DNA of 48,606 bases from a bacterium (lineage in GTDB: Archaea; Thermoplasmatota; E2; JACPAO01; JAHFTW01), in NCBI GenBank assembly GCA_040390065.1, contig JAZJZE010000034.1, positions 1-48,606 of the forward strand. The letters run 5' to 3'. A model generated the notes under the pieces. That model saw nothing but the letters and a program-made list of their open reading frames with translations. It made no database searches and had not been told where the DNA came from. The first letter of the stretch is position 1, and every line of letters begins with the position of its first letter. The position numbers and the translations under genes are program-made. Shown piece after piece: positions 1 through 7,504 of the stretch.

Positions 1-1
1 C

Positions 2-190
2 ATGAACCAGCTCAAGGAGCAGAACAACGGCGTGAGCTGGCGGGACTGCGAGTCCGCAGGCCTGCGGCACAAGCTCGGCAAGGCCGAGCCGGTGCGCTCC
101 CTCTACGGGACGACCATTCGGTACGCCCGGCCGAGCACCATTCGGCACTGCCATCGGTGCCCGGTCAGCATCTACACACGAGGGGAATAA
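2..190 (+). CDS. Hypothetical early protein (possibly the C-terminal part of the ORF starting at 48335)
   Basis: ORF with phage-typical codon usage and a CxxC motif; in frame with the ORF leaving the right end. Confidence 0.6.
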   Translation: MNQLKEQNNGVSWRDCESAGLRHKLGKAEPVRSLYGTTIRYARPSTIRHCHRCPVSIYTRGE

Positions 191-209
191 CGAGAGGAGG
201 GAAAGCGTT

Positions 210-401
210 ATGACTACGAAGGCATGGGCTGAGGCATTCGACGACAACGACGCCGTCGTCCTGACGGTCACGCTCTCACGAGACGAGGCCGTTGAGCTGA
301 GCGAGGCCCTGGGCAGCGAGCTGTACGACCTGTGGAGCGCTGGCATCACGGAGCCCATCTACGACGCGCTCGACCGCGCGCTGGGAAACTCGCATGAGTG
401 A
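210..401 (+). CDS. Hypothetical acidic early protein
   Basis: GAGGAGG RBS upstream; overlaps the next start. Confidence 0.75.
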   Translation: MTTKAWAEAFDDNDAVVLTVTLSRDEAVELSEALGSELYDLWSAGITEPIYDALDRALGNSHE

Positions 402-654
402 CTACGTCGCGGGAGACGACGTGGTTGGGGAGTGGTCGTTCACGGTGATGCACGAGGCAGGCGAGGATTGCGTGCGCACCTACTGGATGGTCTACGACCC
501 GAGTACCGAGACGGAGTGGGCGGGTGACACGAAGGGCGCGCTGCCCTACGGCATCCTCGCCGCCTACGACGAGACCGGGCTGACGTGCCCGCTCATCATC
601 GACGCCGACCTGGCGAAGCTGTCGGGCCTGGCGCCGCGAGAGGAGGACGCATGA
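394..654 (+). CDS. Hypothetical protein
   Basis: Tightly packed ORF; ATGA overlap with the next gene. Confidence 0.7.
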   Translation: MSDYVAGDDVVGEWSFTVMHEAGEDCVRTYWMVYDPSTETEWAGDTKGALPYGILAAYDETGLTCPLIIDADLAKLSGLAPREEDA

Positions 655-965
655 GCTTTGAGTTCGACGAGGACGAGACCCTCGGCGCGTTCGCGCACGC
701 AGGCATGGTCGACCTGGACAACCAGGCGGTCACGCTCTACGCCGTCGTGTGCATCGGCTCGGGCGACGAGCCTCACTTCAGCCACGGCGGAGAGCTGACG
801 CTCAGTGCCGTCGAGGCGGTCCGCGTGGCGAAGGCCGGGAACCTGGAGCCAGGACCTCACGGCTGCCGCTACCTGCCCGCCGCTATGGGCCTGGACGTGG
901 AGTCGCTGTTTGCCCTGGCCAGTCAGGCCATGGCGGCCATCAAGGCAGGAGAGGAGGAGGAATGA
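651..965 (+). CDS. Hypothetical protein (MSFEFDEDETL...)
   Basis: GAGGAGG RBS before ATG 651; ATGA coupling at both ends. Confidence 0.75.
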   Translation: MSFEFDEDETLGAFAHAGMVDLDNQAVTLYAVVCIGSGDEPHFSHGGELTLSAVEAVRVAKAGNLEPGPHGCRYLPAAMGLDVESLFALASQAMAAIKAGEEEE

Positions 966-1315
966 GCAGAGAACGGGACGTGTTCCTGCAGGACCTGTTC
1001 ACGACCGCCCTTGAGGGCGGCATCGGGTACTGGTCGCAGGCCGAGACGTACCACTGGTCCGACGAGGACCCGACTTCGTTCTACGCCGACATCATCGACA
1101 ACGAGGACGACAACGAGTCGTACCACATCGACCGCGCCGTCATCGTGCGCGGCCTGGCGCTGTGCCTGGAGGGCTGCAAGTACGGCCCGGAGGGCAGGCC
1201 GAGGGCCGACCTCATGCTGGCCGCCGCCACCAACGGCGAGGACGGGGACTACGACTCGGACGTGGCCGACTGCGTGGTGCAGGCCGGGCTGTTCGGGGAG
1301 GTGGTGTACGGGTGA
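962..1315 (+). CDS. Conserved-looking phage hypothetical protein (TALEGGIGYW...DSDVADCVVQAGLFGEVVYG)
   Basis: Strong RBS; motif pattern recalled from phage early proteins of unknown function. Confidence 0.8.
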   Translation: MSRERDVFLQDLFTTALEGGIGYWSQAETYHWSDEDPTSFYADIIDNEDDNESYHIDRAVIVRGLALCLEGCKYGPEGRPRADLMLAAATNGEDGDYDSDVADCVVQAGLFGEVVYG

Positions 1316-1611
1316 CCGAGGACTGGAACGACGTGAAGCTGGCCGTCGAGGCGCTGGCCCCGGCGTACACCGCCATGCTCGCAAGCCGGGCAGTGAACCG
1401 AGAGGGGTCGAAGAAGGCCCGAGCGGCCGAGCGTGCGTGGGAGGAGGCAGTCGAGGCTCGCGCCTCTGCCGCCCGTGCCCACTGGGACGAGGAGAAGGAC
1501 GGCTACGTCATCGTCGACAACGAGTCGGTGCCGTCGCTGTCCCGGGTCATCCAGCGGTACTACAGCGAGACCATGGAGCCGCACAACAAGAAGAAGGGGA
1601 GGCAGCAGTGA
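1312..1611 (+). CDS. Hypothetical protein (VTEDWNDVKL...)
   Basis: GGAGG RBS; GTGA coupling. Confidence 0.7.
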   Translation: MTEDWNDVKLAVEALAPAYTAMLASRAVNREGSKKARAAERAWEEAVEARASAARAHWDEEKDGYVIVDNESVPSLSRVIQRYYSETMEPHNKKKGRQQ

Positions 1612-1730
1612 GCCTACTGTTCCAGCTCGGCGGCGCTATCGTCGTGTTCAGCATCGTCATCTACCCCATCGGCTACGCCGCCGTGTGGGCAGTCAAGACC
1701 TTCATCGAGTGGCAAGGGAGGTACCGATGA
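1608..1730 (+). CDS. Small membrane protein (40 aa)
   Basis: GGAGG RBS; GTG start coupled to the upstream stop; one hydrophobic segment. Confidence 0.6.
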   Translation: MSLLFQLGGAIVVFSIVIYPIGYAAVWAVKTFIEWQGRYR

Positions 1731-2047
1731 GCGACACAGCAGGGGGCACACCAGGGAAGAACTCACGCCTGACGTACGGCGCGTTCCGCGGATACACGCT
1801 CGGCACCGTTCTCATGTTCGACGGCCCCGAGGCGGACCTGGCAACCGGCGGGGTCTACACGAAGCCCGGCCTCAAGTACATCGAGTGGCTCGGGAACCAG
1901 GAGGCGAACCCCTTCATGGCGCGCGCTGCGTCGTACACGCTGGACTGGGCCAAGGCTCTGGGCCTGCTCCGTTGGCAGGAAGAGAGCCGGGTCGTCGTGA
2001 CCGAAGCCAAGTGGGTGATGAACCGCTATGACCCAGGCCCACGATGA
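1727..2047 (+). CDS. Hypothetical protein (MSDTAGG...)
   Basis: GGAGG RBS; ATGA coupling. Confidence 0.7.
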   Translation: MSDTAGGTPGKNSRLTYGAFRGYTLGTVLMFDGPEADLATGGVYTKPGLKYIEWLGNQEANPFMARAASYTLDWAKALGLLRWQEESRVVVTEAKWVMNRYDPGPR

Positions 2048-2576
2048 CGAGACCCTGAAGGACATCCGCCGCTGGTACCAGGAGCACGGCATGCCCTACC
2101 AAGAGGACGACTGGGGCCTGCGCTCCGCCACGGGCGAGAGCGAGGGGCGCCAGATGCAGGAGCCCGAGCGCGGGACGCGGTCATCCGCGTCGACGCCCGA
2201 CCGCATGTGGTGGTGGGAGAAGCAGCAGTTCCCCTGGCGGGGGCGCACACCCGGCGAACGGGAGTGGGCCGAGACGCTGGAGGACTTCTTCACGCCCTAC
2301 CTGGCCCTGCTTCCCGGCCCGAAGCTGCGGCTCATGGAGCAGGTGTTCAACGACACCCGCACCTACGCCGAGGTCGGCGAGGAGTCCGGCATCTCCCGGC
2401 AGGGGGCGCACCAGTCGGTACAGCGCGCGCTGCGCGCGCTGACCCGCGTCATCGCCGAGGACAACCCGAACTGGGAGTCGACCGGCGACGGGCGCAGCCG
2501 TGACTACGACGATGAAGAGGAGGCCGCTCGCTTCGTGTTCGTGAAGTACGTGACCGACCGGCTCGGCGCAAGCTGA
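2028..2576 (+). CDS. Sigma-70 region-4-type HTH protein (putative phage transcription regulator)
   Basis: LALLPGPKLRLMEQVF..RTYAEVGEESGISRQGAHQSVQRALRAL fits the sigma-4 HTH pattern. No region 2 is recognisable. Confidence 0.75.
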   Translation: MTQAHDDETLKDIRRWYQEHGMPYQEDDWGLRSATGESEGRQMQEPERGTRSSASTPDRMWWWEKQQFPWRGRTPGEREWAETLEDFFTPYLALLPGPKLRLMEQVFNDTRTYAEVGEESGISRQGAHQSVQRALRALTRVIAEDNPNWESTGDGRSRDYDDEEEAARFVFVKYVTDRLGAS

Positions 2577-2583
2577 GCCCGAC

Positions 2584-2664
2584 GGGGGTGTACTGGTGTT
2601 CGACCGGGAGAAGGGGCTAATCACCCTGTGAACCGGGACGGCGGTTCGATTCCGCCCACCTCCA
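2584..2664 (+). ncRNA. Mini-tmRNA: tmRNA tRNA-like domain only, alanine identity, no mRNA-like domain
   Basis: Acceptor stem GGGGGTG/CACCTCC with G3-U70 and discriminator A; stemless D-loop ending TTCGA; helix CCGG/CCGG; GAC linker; T-arm GGCGG-TTCGATT-CCGCC. Followed by CTA rather than CCA. Confidence 0.85.
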
Positions 2665-2706
2665 CTAGCCGTCCGCCGACCCTTACTTCTTGGCCGAGGC
2701 CCAGGG

Positions 2707-2922
2707 TCAGGCGGGCGGCTGAGCCTTGAACCAGAAGCGGATGCCGCCCTCAGCGGGCAGCTCGGCCATCACCGCCCCGACCGGCGGGTTGCCGCCGAAG
2801 AGGGCCGCCCACTTCTGCCCCTCCCAGCAGTCCCGGATGAAGACGAACAGCTCCGGGTCCTCGATGAAGTCCTTCGCGGACCACTCGTAGCGCCGGGTCT
2901 CCAAGAACTCAGCGTCGGTCAT
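2707..2922 (-). CDS. Hypothetical protein (MTDAEFLETRR...)
   Basis: GGAGAAGG RBS before ATG at 2922; coupled to the upstream stop. Confidence 0.65.
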   Translation of the reverse strand: MTDAEFLETRRYEWSAKDFIEDPELFVFIRDCWEGQKWAALFGGNPPVGAVMAELPAEGGIRFWFKAQPPA

Positions 2923-3071
2923 GCCTTCTCCGGCGGGGGGAGGTGGGACACTCGGATGCCGACCCAAGCGCCGCCAGGCTCAGAGTCGAGCATGTCTTGT
3001 ACCAGCTCCGCCACTTCCGCAGCGGGCGCGCGGTCGTCCACGTTGTGAAGGTAGAGCAGGACGGTCCTCAT
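2919..3071 (-). CDS. Hypothetical protein (MRTVLLYLHNV...)
   Basis: ATGA coupling at both ends. Confidence 0.6.
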   Translation of the reverse strand: MRTVLLYLHNVDDRAPAAEVAELVQDMLDSEPGGAWVGIRVSHLPPPEKA

Positions 3072-3187
3072 CGCTCCGCCTGCGTTCGGTCGAACCACAT
3101 CCAGAACTCCTCCGGCCGCAGGGCAATCGCCCACTCGGCCTCTTCCTCCGACAGCTCCAGCAGGGCTGTCTCCATCGCGTAGTCCAT
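3068..3187 (-). CDS. Small acidic protein, 39 aa (MDYAMETALLEL...), absent from the ORF track
   Basis: AAGGAGG RBS; fills the gap exactly with coupled start and stop. Confidence 0.6.
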   Translation of the reverse strand: MDYAMETALLELSEEEAEWAIALRPEEFWMWFDRTQAER

Positions 3188-3585
3188 CAGTCCTCCTTCG
3201 ATGCGTCCATGAACCAGTCGGCTACCCGACGACGGAGGCGTCCCCTTCGCATGCTCTCCACGAAGGGAACGTTCCCGTTCCGGTCCATCGACCCGACCTC
3301 CACTCGGTCCGGGTCCTGCTCATCCTCCCACACTAGCCATACGTCCATGCCCAGGCGCACGAGCGCCTTCAGCGTGAGCCGCTGCCCCATCGGCATCGGG
3401 GCGCCCTTCGACTTGTACTCCTGCACGAGGAAGTGACCCTTCCGTTCGAGCACGAAGTCCAGGTCCATCGGCGCCACACGTCCGGGCAGTACGTCGTTCA
3501 GCCAGCGGTAGTCCCGCAGCCCGAGCTTCAGCTCCGACACGGGGGTGCGGCAGACCGGGCAGCCTCTCAAAGGCGCATTAGCCAC
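3187..3585 (-). CDS. PD-(D/E)XK-fold nuclease-like protein
   Basis: PMDLDFVLE...LVQEYK...GQRLTL motif pattern; N-terminal CPVC. Confidence 0.65.
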   Translation of the reverse strand: MANAPLRGCPVCRTPVSELKLGLRDYRWLNDVLPGRVAPMDLDFVLERKGHFLVQEYKSKGAPMPMGQRLTLKALVRLGMDVWLVWEDEQDPDRVEVGSMDRNGNVPFVESMRRGRLRRRVADWFMDASKED

Positions 3586-3814
3586 TGAACACCCCTACCC
3601 ACACAGGCTCGCCGCGAGGCGACCGGAGTTGCAGGACCGAGTAGACCGCCACGTCCAGGTTGGGCAAGACAGGGTCCTCTAGGGACCACGCCATGGCGTC
3701 CTGCCACGGGTAGAACACCGGCACCCGGAAGACCGTGCCGACCTCGTCGGGGATGACGTGGCGCTGAAGGTCAGCGGGGCCGCCGAGCAGCGTCAGTACG
3801 CGCGGCATAGTCAT
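3578..3814 (-). CDS. Hypothetical protein (LLGGPAD motif)
   Basis: Coupled ORF in the polymerase operon. Confidence 0.65.
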   Translation of the reverse strand: MTMPRVLTLLGGPADLQRHVIPDEVGTVFRVPVFYPWQDAMAWSLEDPVLPNLDVAVYSVLQLRSPRGEPVWVGVFSG

Positions 3815-4032
3815 CGGGACTGGGCGATGGCCACTCGGACGGCGCGGTCCAGGACGTGTACCACCTCGTCGACGGTGTCGACCAGCTTCGCCATTGACTC
3901 CGCCAGGACCACGACCGACTCGGCCAGCAGCTCGGTCTCGGTGGGCGGCGCCAGCAGCCGGGCCTCGCGCTCCCGCGCCTCCGATGCCAGCATCACCTCG
4001 GTCGCCGTGATGTGCCTATTCGTATCCGTCAC
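3811..4032 (-). CDS. Hypothetical helical protein (VTDTNRHIT...)
   Basis: GAGGAGG RBS before GTG at 4032. Confidence 0.6.
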   Translation of the reverse strand: MTDTNRHITATEVMLASEAREREARLLAPPTETELLAESVVVLAESMAKLVDTVDEVVHVLDRAVRVAIAQSR

Positions 4033-4210
4033 TGATGTCCTCCTCGTAGACTTCAACCATGTAGTGGTGACCAGCGGCACACCACCGTGTTTCCCACCAC
4101 ACCCGGATGTCCTGGCCCTCGCGGCCGACACCAGCGGCGCTGGTCATCGGGCCGACGGCCTCGGACGGGGCGGTGCAGTTCTCCTCTAGGCACTCAGTCC
4201 AGGTCGTCAT
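4016..4210 (-). CDS. Small Cys/His, possibly Zn-binding protein
   Basis: CxxxxC...CAAGH; GGAG RBS. Confidence 0.65.
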   Translation of the reverse strand: MTTWTECLEENCTAPSEAVGPMTSAAGVGREGQDIRVWWETRWCAAGHHYMVEVYEEDISDGYE

Positions 4211-6338
4211 TGGTCATCTCCATCAGCTCGACCAGGTCCTCGTCGCCCGCCTTGGCGTGCGCCCACGTCTGCCCGGCGGCGGGGTCGAACAGTAGGGGGA
4301 CCCGCAGCTCGTAGCCGTGGGCGGTCTCGGCGAGTGGCTTCAGCTGCTGTGCCCGCTCGTATCCCCACACGCCATACTCGTCCACCTCCCACACTAGCTC
4401 GTCGTGGACCTGCGCGAGGAGGCGAAGCTCCGGCATGGCCTGGTCCGTGACGACCATGACCCGGCGGATGATGTCGGCCGCCGACCCCTGCACGATGGCA
4501 TTGACCGCCTGGCGCTCGCCGTATCCGACCATCTTCCAGTTGGCCGTGTCCTTGAAGGCGGCGCGCAGGCGGCGGCGCTGCCCTCCGATGGTGCGCACGT
4601 TCCCCCGGCGCTTGGCCGTGGCCATGACCTGCTTCTTCCAGGCGAAGAACCCTCGGTAGAAGCGGGACATCTCGGCCAGGTACCCAGCGGCCACATCCTT
4701 GGTGGTCGGGTAGCCCGCCAGCGACAGGACCTGGGCCACCTTCTTGGGCCCGGCGCCGTATCCCATGGCGAAGTTCAGCGTCTTGCCGATGCCGCGCTCG
4801 TCCCCGTCGGGGTCGATGCCCTCGCCGAAGATGCCCTGCGCCGTGATGAGGTGCGGGTCCCCTCCCTCTCGGAACACCCGCATCATGTGCGCGTCCTGGC
4901 TGAAGTGGGCCATGAGCCGCATCTCCAGCTGGTCGTAGTCCCCGACCACGAGCAGCGTGCCGGGCGCGGCGTGGAACAGGCCACGCACCTGCTTGCCCCG
5001 CTCGCCCCGGGCCGGGACGTTCTGAAGGTTGGGGCCGGAGGACGACAGCCGCCCGGTCACCGTGCCCGTCTGATTGAACCGCCCGTACAGGCGGCCCTCG
5101 TGGGCCTGCTCGGGCCAGCGGGTGAGGAACGTGGTCAGCAGGGTGTTCAGCTTGCGGTACTCCAGGCAGAGCTTCTTCACCCACGGGTCCCCGGCGTGCA
5201 TGTACAGCAGCTCGGGGGACGCAGTGCTCGGCCGCTTGCCCACGACCCCGGTCACCTTGTCCCGTGGCGGGGGCGTCGGCTTGAGGCCCCGGCCCATCAC
5301 GGTCCAGTGCCCGTGCACCCGGTCACGCCCGAGCTTGTCGAGGGTGAACCCCTCGGGCAGGTAGTCCACGACGTGCGACAGCATGGCGTTGTCCCAGTCC
5401 CCGTCGTTGTCGATGGCCGCCTGGCCATACGCGAACATCGGGTCGGGCTCGCAGTCCTCGTGCTCCCCGTCGAGGCAGGACTTGAGGCACTGGATGGTCT
5501 CCACGTCGTAGACGAGGGCGTCGTTGAACGTGACCACCCGGCTGAACAGGTAGCTCGCCAGCTGGTCGCCGCTGTTCAGGTTGAACGACGGAGGCAGCCC
5601 GCCCTCGGCAATCAGCTCGGCGCCGATGCGGTCGGCCTCGGGGCGCAGCTCTTCCGCCAGCGCCACGGTGGCGGGGATGTCGACCGGCAGACCGCGGGTC
5701 TCCATCCGCTGGAGGACCCCGGTGTACGGGACCATCTCGGTCTCGTAGTAGTCGAGCCACTCCGACTCGGCGAGCCGCGCTTCGAGCGAGTGCTCCAGCT
5801 TTCGCAGCCCGTTCACGTCGCGCCGGTTGTAGTCGATGAACTGTAGCCACTCGGGCGACATGATGGGGACGCCGTCTATCTCCCCGACCACGCCCCACTC
5901 CCGCCAGTCCGACAGGTCGAGGTCGCAGCCAGCGTCGTCCTTGAACAGGACGCGCCCGGCCACACGGTGGAGGCGCTTGTCCATGTCCAGCCCGGCGTAA
6001 CGCCATGCGAGCCAGTCGATGTCGAGCGGGGTATTCTCGTTCATGACCCACGCCATGACGGTGGTGTCGAAGATGGGACCCGCCACCTCGAACCCGGACA
6101 GCGCGAGGTACCGGGCGTCGTACTTCGTCTGCTCGACGATGCCGATGCTCGGGTCAGCGAGCAGCTCCAGGAACAGGGGGGTGCTGAGGTCGTGGTGGTC
6201 GGCGCCGTTGAAGTCGAACCAGTCGAGCACCGTCACCTGGTCCTCGCCCATGGCAAAGCCCACGAGCAACAGCTCCTCCCGGGCAGGGTGGGGCGTGACC
6301 GTGGTCTCCACGTCGAGGTACATCTTCTGCATTCGCAT
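4194..6338 (-). CDS. polA: Family A DNA polymerase with 3'-5' exonuclease
   Basis: ExoI LDVET, ExoII KYD, ExoIII YNRRD; TGRLSSSGPNLQN; motif A DYDQLEMR, motif B KTLNFAMGYG, motif C VHDE. Confidence 0.97.
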   Translation of the reverse strand: MRMQKMYLDVETTVTPHPAREELLLVGFAMGEDQVTVLDWFDFNGADHHDLSTPLFLELLADPSIGIVEQTKYDARYLALSGFEVAGPIFDTTVMAWVMNENTPLDIDWLAWRYAGLDMDKRLHRVAGRVLFKDDAGCDLDLSDWREWGVVGEIDGVPIMSPEWLQFIDYNRRDVNGLRKLEHSLEARLAESEWLDYYETEMVPYTGVLQRMETRGLPVDIPATVALAEELRPEADRIGAELIAEGGLPPSFNLNSGDQLASYLFSRVVTFNDALVYDVETIQCLKSCLDGEHEDCEPDPMFAYGQAAIDNDGDWDNAMLSHVVDYLPEGFTLDKLGRDRVHGHWTVMGRGLKPTPPPRDKVTGVVGKRPSTASPELLYMHAGDPWVKKLCLEYRKLNTLLTTFLTRWPEQAHEGRLYGRFNQTGTVTGRLSSSGPNLQNVPARGERGKQVRGLFHAAPGTLLVVGDYDQLEMRLMAHFSQDAHMMRVFREGGDPHLITAQGIFGEGIDPDGDERGIGKTLNFAMGYGAGPKKVAQVLSLAGYPTTKDVAAGYLAEMSRFYRGFFAWKKQVMATAKRRGNVRTIGGQRRRLRAAFKDTANWKMVGYGERQAVNAIVQGSAADIIRRVMVVTDQAMPELRLLAQVHDELVWEVDEYGVWGYERAQQLKPLAETAHGYELRVPLLFDPAAGQTWAHAKAGDEDLVELMEMTNDDLD

Positions 6339-6347
6339 CTACCTTTC

Positions 6348-6369
6348 CAACACTATGGAATCCGTCAAC
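6348..6369 (-). promoter_or_regulatory. Phage promoter motif copy A (GTTGAC-N7-ATAGTGTTG)
   Basis: One of 4 matching copies; directly upstream of the polymerase RBS. Confidence 0.7.
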
Positions 6370-6393
6370 GCCTATATCGGGTGCCATAAGGAA

Positions 6394-6466
6394 CACGCAC
6401 GCACGCACGCACGGATGCCTTCTGTTTGTAAACCAAGTGCAATCTGCCTGACGTATACGTATACGT
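6394..6466. repeat. (CACG)5 tandem repeat (6394-6413) and 16-bp palindrome ACGTATACGTATACGT (6451-6466)
   Basis: Read directly in the lower-GC divergent intergenic region. Confidence 0.85.
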
Positions 6467-6482
6467 GCGAGGCGGGGTCGGT

Positions 6483-6504
6483 GTTGACAGAATCCATAGT
6501 GGTG
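6483..6504 (+). promoter_or_regulatory. Phage promoter motif copy B (GTTGAC-N7-ATAGTGGTG)
   Basis: Immediately before the AAGGAGG RBS of the resolvase gene. Confidence 0.7.
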
Positions 6505-6518
6505 AAGGAGGAAAGCGA

Positions 6519-6863
6519 ATGGCGAACCCGCCCAAGAAGAAAGGCACCGGAGCCGAGACCGAGCTGGTCCGGCTGTTCGAGTCGCAGGGCCTGGCCTTCA
6601 CGCGCATGCCCGCCTCGTCCACCTACGACCTGACCAACGCCGACCCGGGGCGGCTGGAGCTGGAGCCCATCGAGGCCCTCGCCACCCGCCCGGACCGGGG
6701 CCAGTGGCTCGTCACCATCCGGCAGGAGGACTTCGCCGAGCTACTGGCTCAGGCCGCTGCCTCTCAGCTCGACCAGGTGTGGGAGACCCACGTTGAAGTC
6801 AAGCGGTACGCCCGCTTCTCCCTCCACACCATCTTCGACCAGAAGTTCGGAGGCAAGCGATGA
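6519..6863 (+). CDS. Holliday junction resolvase-like nuclease
   Basis: N-terminus MANPPKKKGTGAETELVRLF is typical of actinophage resolvases. The C-terminal half looks atypical. Confidence 0.7.
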   Translation: MANPPKKKGTGAETELVRLFESQGLAFTRMPASSTYDLTNADPGRLELEPIEALATRPDRGQWLVTIRQEDFAELLAQAAASQLDQVWETHVEVKRYARFSLHTIFDQKFGGKR

Positions 6864-7504
6864 GCCAACGAGACGAGGACGTGGTGGCCCTAGCCTGCGA
6901 GTACGCCGACAACATGGACCCCTTGGGAGGTGGAGCCGAGCAGTCCCTCGCCCGCCTCTCCTCCCGCCTAGAAGCCGCCGAAGCCGAGAACAAGAGGCTG
7001 CGGGACGGTCGGTGGACGGACGAGGAGCGCAAGCTGTTCTTGTACGAGGCGACCAAGGCGAGCTACGCCGAAGGGACGCGAGCGGGGTGCGAGAAGCTGT
7101 CCATCGCGGCCGCTGAAATGAGCGAAGAAATCGAGGGACTCACCTCCCGCCTAGAAGCCGACGAGGGAGCGTTACGGGAACTGGCGCGAGCCGTGGAAGC
7201 CGAGAACCGCGACGTGGTGATGGCATGTGGCCGTGAACGCACCGGGGTCACTCTCTCGACGTGGGACGGAGCGGTGAACGAGTACGACGACGTGTTCCGG
7301 GCGAAGAACCTCGTGCATCGCAAGTCGATGGCGGTCGAACACGCGCTGAACACCACCCGCGCCGCCCTCGCCGCCTCCCCCTCTACGTACCCCTGCCGTT
7401 GCGAGACATGGAACTACGCCGCAGCCGGACACGCACCCTCTCACAGCCCAACCTGCGAGTACTTCGTGCCCGAGCCCGACGACCCCGAAGGGTACCCATG
7501 CTGA
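6860..7504 (+). CDS. Mosaic coiled-coil hypothetical protein
   Basis: Internal repeats LxSRLEA and EAEN; C-terminal CxC...H..C. Confidence 0.7.
   Translation: MSQRDEDVVALACEYADNMDPLGGGAEQSLARLSSRLEAAEAENKRLRDGRWTDEERKLFLYEATKASYAEGTRAGCEKLSIAAAEMSEEIEGLTSRLEADEGALRELARAVEAENRDVVMACGRERTGVTLSTWDGAVNEYDDVFRAKNLVHRKSMAVEHALNTTRAALAASPSTYPCRCETWNYAAAGHAPSHSPTCEYFVPEPDDPEGYPC

Noticed and set aside
2584-2664. Canonical tRNA (loop CTAATCA read as anticodon AAT, or CTA as an amber suppressor)
   Set aside because: There is no D-stem, the hairpin sits beyond an extra CCGG helix and internal loop, position 37 would be C, and the acceptor identity is Ala. TAG is used as a normal stop, so there is no sign of recoding.
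2636-2667. attP for integration into the host tmRNA gene
   Set aside because: No integrase was recognised, and an attP normally copies one end of the gene rather than both paired halves. Not fully excluded.
5235-5545. Intein in the DNA polymerase
   Set aside because: No C/S...HN-C/S/T splice junctions or homing endonuclease motifs.
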